From an uncultured Candidatus Saccharibacteria bacterium (GTDB lineage: Bacteria; Patescibacteriota; UBA1384; JACPKC01): 64,000 nt of DNA. Each line of letters starts with the position of its first letter. The first letter of the stretch is position 1. Below, in pieces: positions 16,150 to 25,523 of the stretch. Both the position numbers and the translations under genes were made by a program. The DNA is taken from contig CAYRGD010000001.1 in NCBI GenBank assembly GCA_964423885.1, positions 89,653-153,652 of the forward strand, given 5' to 3'. The notes under the pieces were generated by a model. The model was not told the DNA's origin. It saw only the letters and a list, made by a program, of their open reading frames with translations, and searched no databases.

Positions 16150-19035
16150 TTACTCGTATTCCTTGAACGGGTTGTCGGGGTTAGCGGCGAACGCGCCGGC
16201 GCGGATGCCCTCGGCGACCTCGGCGACCGTGCTCTTGATCGACTCGATCAGTACGTCGTCAGGCGTCACTGTGCCGCGCAGGTCCTTGTCGACGAAGTCG
16301 AGCATCAGCGTGCCGGGCAGCCGGCCGAACCGTGTTTGGTACGCCAGCGCGTAGATCCGGATCGGGAGGTTGGCACGGGCACGGGCGTCGGCGTCTTTTT
16401 GGTCTTTGGCCTGGCTCGTCTTGAAGTCGCGGATCTCGTTCGTGCCCGTGAACACCGCATCCATCCGGCCGCGCAGGCGCACGCCCGGCAGCGGGATCGA
16501 GAACGTCTCCTCCACGAAGTCAGGCAGCGGCTCGGTAGCGGCGCGGGCGATGAACCGTTCCACGGTGCGCTCCCCTGTCCGGTAGCGGCGGTTGGCTTCG
16601 TCGAGGCTCGCGAACCCCTCGTTGCTCCAGGACTCGCTGAACCGTTGCAGCACCTCGGCCGTGTCGGGAATCCGGCCTTCGAGCCGCCAGCGGTAGTAGG
16701 CCTCGATGGCGGCATGGACCGCGTTGCCGTAGCTCAAATGGCCTGATGCTTTGGATGGCGCTTTGAGCACGTAGCGCCAGTAAAACTCGTACGGGTCCTT
16801 GTGGTAGCTTTCGACCATCGCGGGCGTCAGGAGTAGTTCGCCGTTCACGGTCGGGTAGCGGAGCGGCGTCACGGCACGCGGCGGTGCCGGGGCGAACCGG
16901 TTGTGCCGCGTTTCCGGCGCGACGCGCTCGACCGGATCCGGCGGGCCGGCAAGCACGAGCGCTTCCAAGACGAACGGGCTCGGTTTCTTGGCGCGCTTCG
17001 CACTCGTTGACAGCTGGGCGCCCGACAGGAGCAAGCGGCGCTTGGCCCGGGTCATGGCGACGTAGGCCAGACGTCGCTCTTCTTCGACATGCTCGTCGCC
17101 CTCGGACAGGGTTTCGGCGATGAGCGCCGGCGGCAGCGACAGCGGCTCGTGCTTGCGCCTCGCGGGAAAGCGGTCGGCGGTCAGGAATGGCAGGAACACC
17201 GTGTCGAACTCCAAACCCTTCGAGGCATGGACCGTCATGATCTGGACGGCATCGGCGTCGGGGCCCAGGTTGACGCGCGGCGGGACGACGGCCCCGAGCA
17301 GGCCTTCGAGCTCGTCCACGAACGCCAGGCTGAAGCGGTCGCGGCCAGCGTCGACGTAGCGCTGGATCGCGTCGTAGATCGGGCCGAAGTTGCTGTTGTA
17401 CTCGAACCGGAGCCGTTCCGGCAGGTGCCGGAGCAACGCGTCGTCGCGGTCTTTCAGGAACTGGTACAGGATCTGGCCGGGGTTGCTGTCGCCGAGCATG
17501 CGGCGGTACCGTGCCAATCCGTCGCGCAGTTCGGCGACGCGCGCGGCGCCTTCCTTGGGCAGCTGCTCCCACGCAGGGTCCGACTCGTCAGCCAGCACGT
17601 CGAACAGCGGCCGGTGCCCGGTTTTGGCGCGGTCGTTCAAGGGCAGGATCCAGTGCGGGTCAAGGTCGTAGAACGGCGATAGCGCCAGTTTGAGGTACGC
17701 GAGCGAGTCGGTCGGGTGCGCGAGCGCCTCGAAGAACGCCACGATCCCCTTTACTTCGGGCAGGTTGACGAACGAACGGTCGGCGCTCGTGGTGTACGCG
17801 ATCGAGGCGCCGGTGAACGCGGTCGCCAACGCCGAGACGAGCGTGTTCGTCCGTACGAGCACGGCGATGTCGTTCAGCGGCACGGTTTTGGCGATCTCAC
17901 CGACCGCCGCCACGATCCCGTCCAATTCGTCGGCATCGTGCTTGTACCACACGAACCGGGGCGGGGTACCGGCGAACTGACCACGGAGTCGCTTGCTGAT
18001 CGACAGTTGCTGTTCGAGCCGGTTCGGGTCGTTGTGGCGCACCAGCGCGTAGGCGGCGTCGAGGATCCCCTGCGCCGAGCGGTAGTTGTCGGTGAGCACC
18101 ACGGTGGTGGCGCCCGGGAAGTCTTTGGTGAATCCCAGGATATTGCTGGTGGCCGCGCCGCGGAACTTGTAGATCGCCTGGTCGTCGTCGCCCACGACGC
18201 ACAGGTTGCCGTGGACGGCGGCCAGCCGTTTGGTCAGTTCGTACTGGGCGACGTTCGTGTCCTGGAACTCATCGACCAGAATGAAGCGGAACTGCTCCTG
18301 CAGCTTCGCAAGGGCCGACGGCCGCCTGCCGAACAGCTCGATGAGTTTCAGGATCTGGTCGCCGAAGTCGATCACGCCCGTTTCGGCCTTGAACCGTTCG
18401 TAGGCGGCGTAGACGGCCGCGATCTCACGTTGGCGGGCCGCTTCGCGCCGTTCGTCGTCGGTGGTTGCGGTGGCGGCAAGGTCGGCCGCGGCAGCAGCGT
18501 AGCGGTCGGCGGTCACGAGCTCGTCCTTCGCCCGGCTGATCACGCCAAGGATCGCCGCGATGTGCTTGCGGCTGTCGACGATCGGCCGCAGTTCCTCGAT
18601 CCCCTCGACCGCGTCGATCCGCGAGGCCAGGAAGAGGCGTTGCTCGTCGCTGCCCAGGACGCGGAACTCGGGCGGCAGGCCCAGGTCGAGCGCGTACTCG
18701 CGTAGTAACTGGTCGCCGAACGAATGGAATGTGGCCACGACCGTGCCGAGTGCGCCGTACGGCACCAGTTCGTCGACCCGCGTTTCCATCTCGCCGGCCG
18801 CCTTGTCGGTGAACGTGAGCGCCAGGATCTGCTCCGGCTTGGCGTGCCCCTGTTCGATGAGCCAGGCGATCCGTTTCGTGAGTACGCTCGTTTTGCCGGT
18901 ACCGGCACCCGCGACTACCAGGAGCGGCCCGGTCGTATGGGTCACCGCCTGGCGTTGCGCGTCGTTGAGGCCTGCGAGCAACACCGACTCCGGCGCGGCG
19001 GCCGGTTTCTGGCGGGTGCGGGTCTTGGTAGGCAT
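16150..19035 (-). CDS. UvrD/PcrA-type SF1 DNA helicase fused to C-terminal PD-(D/E)xK nuclease domain
   Basis: N-terminal LNDAQRQAVTHTTGPLLVVAGAGTGKTSVLTKRIAWL plus UvrD motifs through ~700 aa. The C-terminus has RGRMDAV...IRDFKTS (D...D/ExK) nuclease motifs. Confidence 0.85.
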   Translation of the reverse strand: MPTKTRTRQKPAAAPESVLLAGLNDAQRQAVTHTTGPLLVVAGAGTGKTSVLTKRIAWLIEQGHAKPEQILALTFTDKAAGEMETRVDELVPYGALGTVVATFHSFGDQLLREYALDLGLPPEFRVLGSDEQRLFLASRIDAVEGIEELRPIVDSRKHIAAILGVISRAKDELVTADRYAAAAADLAATATTDDERREAARQREIAAVYAAYERFKAETGVIDFGDQILKLIELFGRRPSALAKLQEQFRFILVDEFQDTNVAQYELTKRLAAVHGNLCVVGDDDQAIYKFRGAATSNILGFTKDFPGATTVVLTDNYRSAQGILDAAYALVRHNDPNRLEQQLSISKRLRGQFAGTPPRFVWYKHDADELDGIVAAVGEIAKTVPLNDIAVLVRTNTLVSALATAFTGASIAYTTSADRSFVNLPEVKGIVAFFEALAHPTDSLAYLKLALSPFYDLDPHWILPLNDRAKTGHRPLFDVLADESDPAWEQLPKEGAARVAELRDGLARYRRMLGDSNPGQILYQFLKDRDDALLRHLPERLRFEYNSNFGPIYDAIQRYVDAGRDRFSLAFVDELEGLLGAVVPPRVNLGPDADAVQIMTVHASKGLEFDTVFLPFLTADRFPARRKHEPLSLPPALIAETLSEGDEHVEEERRLAYVAMTRAKRRLLLSGAQLSTSAKRAKKPSPFVLEALVLAGPPDPVERVAPETRHNRFAPAPPRAVTPLRYPTVNGELLLTPAMVESYHKDPYEFYWRYVLKAPSKASGHLSYGNAVHAAIEAYYRWRLEGRIPDTAEVLQRFSESWSNEGFASLDEANRRYRTGERTVERFIARAATEPLPDFVEETFSIPLPGVRLRGRMDAVFTGTNEIRDFKTSQAKDQKDADARARANLPIRIYALAYQTRFGRLPGTLMLDFVDKDLRGTVTPDDVLIESIKSTVAEVAEGIRAGAFAANPDNPFKEYE

Positions 19036-19049
19036 GAAGCGAGTCTACC

Positions 19050-20213
19050 ATGTGGTACAGTCCGGTCATGCACCGGCTTCTGGCAGCGATCTTCGTAGTC
19101 CTCGCGCTCTTGGCTCCGGCCGCGCATGCCGACGAGCCCATCTTCGAGACGCAGGCAGATGATGCTGCAGCGTACGACGAGACGGCGCTCCCTACCCTGC
19201 CGCCCGACGAGTACGCCCGCGCCCGCGTGCTTGAGGTGCTCGACCAGGGCGTACGCGACGGCGGCAGTACCGAACTCCCCTATCAGACGCTCAAGGCCCG
19301 GGTGTTGTCCGGCCCGGCCCGCGGCCAGGAGCTGACCGTGGACAACGGCACGCTTTTTTCGGTGTCCGACGGCCAGCTGCTCCGGCCGGGAGAAACCTTC
19401 GTGCTGGTTACGACGTACGCTGGCGACGGCACACCGCTCTACGCCGCGGGCGACCGGTACCGCCTGCCGCTCCTTGGCTGGTTCGTGGCCGGATTCCTGG
19501 TGCTGGTCGGCGCCGTGGCCCGACGCCGCGGCCTCCTATCGTTCCTGGGGCTCGCCGTGAGTGTCGGGATGCTCGCGCTCTACACCGTGCCGCAGCTGGC
19601 CGCGGGCGCTCCCCCGCTGCCAGTCACTTTGCTGACCGCAGCGGTGATCGTATTGGCTACGCTCTACCTTGCGCACGGGTTTACGCGTGACACGACGCTC
19701 GCGGTGGTAAGCACTGCCGGCACGCTGGTATTGGCAGGAACCATGGCCGCGGGTGCCGTGGCGCTCGCCCACCTGACCGGCGGCGGCACCGAGGATGCCC
19801 TTAGCCTGCAGTTCGGCCAGGCGGGCGTCGACCTCAAGGGCCTGTTCCTGGCCGGCATATTGGTAAGTGTGATCGGCGTGCTCGACGATATCACTACCGG
19901 GCAGACGGCCGTGGTGCGCGAGTTGCGTGCGGCCAATCCCACCCTGGGCCCGGCCGAGCTGTTCCGCCGTGCCTCGCTCGTGGGCCGTGAACATATCGCC
20001 TCGCTCGTGAATACGCTCGCGCTCGCCTACGCCGGCGTCTCGCTGCCGTTGTTCCTGGTGCTCGCGTCGAACCCGCAGCCGCTTTGGCTGGCAATGAATA
20101 GCGAATTCTTTGCCGAAGAGCTTGTCCGGACGCTGGTCGGCAGTGCCGCGTTGGTACTGGCGGTGCCGCTGTCGACCGCGCTCGCCGCCTGGTACGGCCG
20201 CACCGATCAGTAG
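19050..20213 (+). CDS. YibE/F-family integral membrane protein
   Basis: Signal peptide, ~110-aa extracytoplasmic domain, then multi-TM region with a GVLDDITTGQTAVV motif typical of YibE/F. The 3' end overlaps the first SBBP gene by 7 nt (convergent). Confidence 0.7.
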   Translation: MWYSPVMHRLLAAIFVVLALLAPAAHADEPIFETQADDAAAYDETALPTLPPDEYARARVLEVLDQGVRDGGSTELPYQTLKARVLSGPARGQELTVDNGTLFSVSDGQLLRPGETFVLVTTYAGDGTPLYAAGDRYRLPLLGWFVAGFLVLVGAVARRRGLLSFLGLAVSVGMLALYTVPQLAAGAPPLPVTLLTAAVIVLATLYLAHGFTRDTTLAVVSTAGTLVLAGTMAAGAVALAHLTGGGTEDALSLQFGQAGVDLKGLFLAGILVSVIGVLDDITTGQTAVVRELRAANPTLGPAELFRRASLVGREHIASLVNTLALAYAGVSLPLFLVLASNPQPLWLAMNSEFFAEELVRTLVGSAALVLAVPLSTALAAWYGRTDQ

Positions 20214-22816
20214 TGGGCGGTCACGTTGTAGGTGATCGTCGTGGCGTAGGCGCCGGCTGTGGTGTCCGGGCTCATGTTGGCGATGTAGCTCACAGTGTAC
20301 GTGGTCAGGCTGCTCACGCCCGGCGCTTGGGCGATGCTGTCGCCACCGACCGCGAACTTGAACTGGTTGGCAGTCTGGTACCCGCTCATCGCGGCGCCCG
20401 TTCCCCCGCTCGGGGCCGCACCGAAGTCGGCGGCGGTGTGCGACCCGGCCGCTGTGTTGGCCACAAGGTTGAAGCCGAACTGCTTGCTGCCGAGCATACT
20501 CGTTGCTTGGCTGGCCATCGCCGTAATCGTGTTGCCGCCATTCGTGAGCGTGGTCGTGGGCAGGTAACTTATCACGTAGCCGCCTGCGCCGTTGGTGCCG
20601 GCCGTTATCGTGTGGGTGCAGGCTTTGGTCTCGCTCGCCGACAGCACGCCCAGGCCGCAGCTCGCGGCGTCCACGGTAAAGTCGAAGCTGACGTTGATGA
20701 TCGTCTCGACCTCACCGGTGACGGTCACGGAATCTTCGGTGAGTTGCGCGACGAACGCGTCGGTGCTGGCAGCCTTGGTTCCTTGGAGCGGTACGGCGGT
20801 CGGCAGGTCGACCGACCCGGTTCCGCCGGTGACATACGCGTTGCCGGCAAGGCTGACTGCAAGCCCGAACCCTTGGTCGGTCCCGCCTCCTCCGAGGTAT
20901 GTCGAGTACTCGAACGCCGAACCGGCTGCGCTCACCTTCGTGACAAAGACATCCTGCGCGCCGCCGTTACTTGCCTGAAACGGCAAGACCGTTGGGAAGT
21001 TGGTAGAAAACGTTTCGCCCGCCACGTAGGCGTTCTCGTCCGCATCGAGCGCGATTGCGTACGCCGTCTCGCCGGCACTTCCTCCCAGATAGGTCGAATA
21101 CGTCAATGCGGATCCTGCAGCGTTGAACTTGGCGACGAACGCGTCGGAGCCACCCCCGTTGCCTGCCTGGATCGGCGCCGCGGTCGGGAAATCAGTGGAA
21201 GACGTATACCCGGTGACGTATATGTTCTTGTCGGTGTCCAACGTAATGGCCGTGGCATGGTCGGCCGCGCTGCCACCCAGATATGTGGCGTACGTGAGCG
21301 CCGTTCCGGTACTGTTGATCTTTGCCATGACCGCGTCGGTACCGCCTGCGTTCGCCGCCTGGTACGGCGTTGCCGTGGGAAAATCCGTCGACAGCGTGTC
21401 GCCCACGATGTAGGCGTTACCGATGTCGTCGACAGTGATGCCGTTGATCGTACTGCCGTCCGACGAGCTGCCGCCAAGGTATGTGCCATAGTCGAGCGAT
21501 GCTGCCCAGGGCGATAGCTTCGCGATGAACATGTCACTCGGGCCGGATAATGCCGCTTGGATTGGCGACGCGGTGGGGAGATCCGTCGACGTTGTCTGGC
21601 CTACGATATAGATACTCCCCTGCGGGTTGAGCGCCATCCCTTGGTAGCTCACGTTATCCGACCCGTTCCCGCCGAAATAACTGGAAAATTGCAGGCCCGA
21701 GCCGTCGTAATTGAGCTGGGTGACGAACACGTCGCCTCCGCCCCCGCCAAAGCTGCTCTGGTACGGTGACTGGACCGGAAAATCGGTCGAGGTGGTAAAG
21801 CCGGCCAGATAGATGCCGCCGTACAGATCGAGCCGGATCGCCCTTCCGTAGTCATTGTTGCTGCCGCCAAGATATGTCGCGTAGACCAACGCGGATCCCT
21901 CCCGATTGAGCTTGACGACGAACGCGTCGGTGTTCCCGGCATTGGAGCCTTGGGCCGGTGCGACGGTCGCGAAGTCCGTCGACTGGGTCTGGCCCACGAT
22001 GTAGGCGTTGCCGTTGACATCGAGCGTAATCGCATTGCCCTGGTCGATCCCGTTCCCGCCCAGATACGTGGCATATACCAGCGCCGGGTCGATAACCAGC
22101 GGTTTCGCCGGGTCGTACGTATCAGCCACGGCGACCGTGACAGTGCCGTCGTTCAGTTCGAAGCTGCTCGGGATGGTGTGTTTCTCGTGCTCGCCGGTTT
22201 GGTACGTGACCGGGGCATTCAGGGTCAGGGTATCGTCGCCGGCCTTGAGGATGAGGTTCCCGTTGCCATCAAGTGACAGATCGTCTTGCCCGGTGAAGCC
22301 GAAGGCGATTTGTTTGTAATTCGCACCGGGACTGACGATGAAGTCGTGTTCCAGCTGTGAGTTCGTGCCGTAGTAGGCGAGATCGATACCAGGATAGACA
22401 TCCTTGGCCAGCAGCTTGCCGTAGTTCGGGACATCCGACTGCCATTTCGACTGGTCGTTCCCGAGAAAGTAGTTCGTCTTCGATTGGAGTTCGTCGGTAC
22501 CGGCGAATTGCTGTTCCGCAGCGCCGGTGAGTGACATCGTCACCTGCTTCCCGCCCACACTGGTCGTGGTGCCCGTACTGGAAAACGCCGTCACGGCCTG
22601 GCCGTGGTGGACAAGGAAGTCTACCGATTCGTCCGCCTGACCTACGTTCGGTTCGAAGGCGAGCGGCAGTGTCGCGTAGGCGGCGTGCAGCGCGTCGGCG
22701 TCAGGTGTCGTGGATTGCGTCGCCGTACCGGGAACGAGCTGTAGTCGCAGCAGTACCAGCATCACGACAAGCGTGGCTGTGAGCATGCCGGTGCGACGGT
22801 GATCGTAGCGGGCCAT
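20207..22816 (-). CDS. secreted SBBP (beta-propeller) repeat protein, paralog 1
   Basis: SD AAGGAGGGGA. Signal peptide MARYDHRRTGMLTATLVVMLVLL. Conserved N-domain LAFEPNVGQADESVDFLVHHGQAVTAF...GIDLAYYGTNSQLEHDF. ~10 repeats of Y(S/A)TYLGG...G(I/L)A(V/L)D..GN.Y..G.T.S.DFPT. Conserved C-domain ending ...TTITYNVTAHY. Confidence 0.8.
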   Translation of the reverse strand: MARYDHRRTGMLTATLVVMLVLLRLQLVPGTATQSTTPDADALHAAYATLPLAFEPNVGQADESVDFLVHHGQAVTAFSSTGTTTSVGGKQVTMSLTGAAEQQFAGTDELQSKTNYFLGNDQSKWQSDVPNYGKLLAKDVYPGIDLAYYGTNSQLEHDFIVSPGANYKQIAFGFTGQDDLSLDGNGNLILKAGDDTLTLNAPVTYQTGEHEKHTIPSSFELNDGTVTVAVADTYDPAKPLVIDPALVYATYLGGNGIDQGNAITLDVNGNAYIVGQTQSTDFATVAPAQGSNAGNTDAFVVKLNREGSALVYATYLGGSNNDYGRAIRLDLYGGIYLAGFTTSTDFPVQSPYQSSFGGGGGDVFVTQLNYDGSGLQFSSYFGGNGSDNVSYQGMALNPQGSIYIVGQTTSTDLPTASPIQAALSGPSDMFIAKLSPWAASLDYGTYLGGSSSDGSTINGITVDDIGNAYIVGDTLSTDFPTATPYQAANAGGTDAVMAKINSTGTALTYATYLGGSAADHATAITLDTDKNIYVTGYTSSTDFPTAAPIQAGNGGGSDAFVAKFNAAGSALTYSTYLGGSAGETAYAIALDADENAYVAGETFSTNFPTVLPFQASNGGAQDVFVTKVSAAGSAFEYSTYLGGGGTDQGFGLAVSLAGNAYVTGGTGSVDLPTAVPLQGTKAASTDAFVAQLTEDSVTVTGEVETIINVSFDFTVDAASCGLGVLSASETKACTHTITAGTNGAGGYVISYLPTTTLTNGGNTITAMASQATSMLGSKQFGFNLVANTAAGSHTAADFGAAPSGGTGAAMSGYQTANQFKFAVGGDSIAQAPGVSSLTTYTVSYIANMSPDTTAGAYATTITYNVTAHY

Positions 22817-22892
22817 TCCCCTCCTTGCTTGCAACCACTATGCGGGAGCTTCCGCGCCCTGTCCAGGCCGTTTGCAGCGTTCCTGGTGCGCG

Positions 22893-25514
22893 TTAATAGC
22901 TGGCTGTGATCACGTACGTGACCGGCGTGCTGTAGGTGCCCGCCTCGGTCGAGACGCCGATATTGCCGATGAAGCTCGCGGTAAAGGTTGTGGTGTCGCT
23001 CGGGCCGGTTGCCTCGGCAACCGTGTCGCCCCCGACCAGGAACTTGAACTGGTCCGCGGTGCCGTAGTCGGCGGCAGCCGTGCCGCTCCCGCCGCTTGGG
23101 TCGGCGCCGAAGTCGGTAGCCGTGTTCGATCCGGCAGCGGTGTTCGCTACCAGGTTCATGCCGAACTGCTCGGTGCCTGGCGTGCTGTCTGACTGGCTCG
23201 CCATCGCGTCGATCGTGTTGCCGCCGCTCGTCAAGGTCGCGGTCGGTACGTAACTCACCGCATAGCCGCTGACCGAGTTGCTGCCTGCCTCCATGGTGTG
23301 CGTGCAGGAATTGGTTTGGCTGATCGAAAAGGTACCTAGGTCGCAGGTGAGCGGGCTGACGTCGAACGACAGGAGCGGCTGCATCATGCCGTGGACGACC
23401 GTGTCGTGTTCGGTATAGCCCAAGAGGATCGCATCGGTGCCGCCATGGGAGGCGCTATCCCAGCCACCGTAACCATAAAAGGGATCCGATGTCGTGTAGC
23501 CCGTAACGTACGCGTTGCCGTCGAGGCTTACCGCTACGGCCGACCCGCTATCGTCCCCGGCGTTGTAGGAAAAGGCGGCCGTGAGCAGCTGCGAGTACGC
23601 GTCGGTCGCAAACCAGGTACCGTAGGGCGTCAGTTTCGTGAGGAAGAGATCCGTGCCACCGGAATTGACGCTGTACGACGTCCAGTTTGTCGAATCGGTG
23701 CTGCCGGTGACGTAGGCGCAGCTGCCGGGATAGCCGCTATCCCATGCGCACCCGTCGGGGGCGACCGCAATGCCGTTCGGTAGGTCTCTGCCGTTTCCGC
23801 CCAGGTACGTCGAGTACGCCAAGTAGGATCCGCTGGCGTCCAGCTTGACGACGACCGCATCGCTCGTGCCACCGCCGTAGTCGGGCTGTTCGGCCGAAGC
23901 CATCGGGAAGTCGGTCGAGTCGGTGCCTGCGGTGATATACGCGTTGCCGTCGGTGTCGATTGCCAAGTCGCCGCCATTGACCCCGTCGTCCCCGCTCCCG
24001 CCCAGGTAGGTGGAATAGGCCAATGACTGGCCGTCGGCCGCGAGCTTCGAGATGAACAGGTCGCCCGTGCCGCCGGCGGAGCTGCCCTGGTACGGTGACT
24101 CGGTCGGGTAATCGGCCGATGTCGTCGTGCCGCCCAAGTAGACGTTGCCGTCGGCGTCGAGGCCCATGCTCGGGGCGAACGTCTTGTCATCGCCTGATCC
24201 GCCCAGGTACGTGGAATACGTGAGCGACTGGCCGTCGGGCTCGAACCGGGTAATGAAGATGTCGGCACCGCCCGCGTTGTCCGGCTGGTAGGGCGATTCG
24301 ACCGGGAAGTCGGTCGAGCCCGCAATGCCGGCAACTACGAACGACCCGTCGGCGGCAGCGGCGATGTTCCGGCCTTGGTCGACGAGGCTGCCACCGAGAT
24401 AGGTCGCGTACAGGATCGTCGACAGGTCGGTGTCGAGCTTCATAGCGAACGCATTGGTGATACCGGCCAGGCTTCCCTGGTAGGCGTCTTGGACGGGAAA
24501 GTCAGTCGAGTCGGTCTGCCCCGTGATATAGACGTTGCCGTCGGGGTCGAGCGCGAGCGAGTTGATCCCGTCGTCGTCACCGTCGCCGCCGATGTACGTG
24601 GCTGCGATAAGGTCGCTGGTCGGAAAGTCGATGCCGATCGGATCGAACTTGACGATAAACCCGTCGGCGTCTCCTGCCAGACTGCCGCTCGGCCAGCCAT
24701 AGGCCAGGTCGCTCGACGCCGTGTTGCCGGCCATATAGATGTTACCGTGCTTGTCGACGGCGATCGCGTTCCCGATATCGTCCCCGCTCCCGCCCAGCGT
24801 ACTTGCGAAGATGAATGCCGGATCGATGACAAGCGGTTTCGTGGGATCGTAGGCATCGCCCACGGTGACCGTCACGGTATCGCCGTCGAGTTCGAAGCGG
24901 CTCGGCACCGTGTGGTTCGTGTGGCCGCTGCCTTGGTACGACACCGGTGCCTTGAGCGTCAGCGTCTGGCCGCTGGCGGTCATGACAAGGTTGCCGCTGT
25001 CATCCAGGGCCAGGCCGTCGTGTCCGCTGACCGAGAGCGCGATCTGCCGGTAGTCGGCACCGGGTGCCACGACAAAGTCGTGTTCGAGCGACGAACCCGT
25101 GCCGTAGTAGGTCAGGTCGATGCCGGGATAGACGCTGGCGGCGGTGATCCGGCCGAAGTTCGGGATACCCGTCCGCCACTTAGCCCGGTCGTTACCCACC
25201 AGGTAGTTGGTGACACTCCGGCGCTGTTCGGTGCCCGAAAACGCTGCCGGCTCGGCACCGATGAGCGACACGGTCACGCCCTGGTTGCCAAGGGCCGTCG
25301 TGGTGCCGCTGGCTGTGACGTACGTGACCGTGCTGCCGTGGTGGGTTACGAACTGGACGCCATCGGGTGCCTGGCCTTGGTTCGGCTCGAAGGCGACCGG
25401 ACTTTGGGTACGTACCGCAGCCGGCGTGCCACCGCCTACGTCGAACGTCGGCCGTGCCGATGCGGCAAGCAGGCCGAGGCTAAGGACGAGCAGGAGGGCG
25501 AGTCGTCGGTTCAT
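22893..25514 (-). CDS. secreted SBBP repeat protein, paralog 2 (most divergent)
   Basis: SD AAGGAG. Signal peptide MNRRLALLLVLSLGLLAASA. Same N- and C-domains (...GTYSTPVTYVITASY). The central repeats are more irregular. Confidence 0.8.
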   Translation of the reverse strand: MNRRLALLLVLSLGLLAASARPTFDVGGGTPAAVRTQSPVAFEPNQGQAPDGVQFVTHHGSTVTYVTASGTTTALGNQGVTVSLIGAEPAAFSGTEQRRSVTNYLVGNDRAKWRTGIPNFGRITAASVYPGIDLTYYGTGSSLEHDFVVAPGADYRQIALSVSGHDGLALDDSGNLVMTASGQTLTLKAPVSYQGSGHTNHTVPSRFELDGDTVTVTVGDAYDPTKPLVIDPAFIFASTLGGSGDDIGNAIAVDKHGNIYMAGNTASSDLAYGWPSGSLAGDADGFIVKFDPIGIDFPTSDLIAATYIGGDGDDDGINSLALDPDGNVYITGQTDSTDFPVQDAYQGSLAGITNAFAMKLDTDLSTILYATYLGGSLVDQGRNIAAAADGSFVVAGIAGSTDFPVESPYQPDNAGGADIFITRFEPDGQSLTYSTYLGGSGDDKTFAPSMGLDADGNVYLGGTTTSADYPTESPYQGSSAGGTGDLFISKLAADGQSLAYSTYLGGSGDDGVNGGDLAIDTDGNAYITAGTDSTDFPMASAEQPDYGGGTSDAVVVKLDASGSYLAYSTYLGGNGRDLPNGIAVAPDGCAWDSGYPGSCAYVTGSTDSTNWTSYSVNSGGTDLFLTKLTPYGTWFATDAYSQLLTAAFSYNAGDDSGSAVAVSLDGNAYVTGYTTSDPFYGYGGWDSASHGGTDAILLGYTEHDTVVHGMMQPLLSFDVSPLTCDLGTFSISQTNSCTHTMEAGSNSVSGYAVSYVPTATLTSGGNTIDAMASQSDSTPGTEQFGMNLVANTAAGSNTATDFGADPSGGSGTAAADYGTADQFKFLVGGDTVAEATGPSDTTTFTASFIGNIGVSTEAGTYSTPVTYVITASY

Positions 25515-25523
25515 GGTGCTCCT

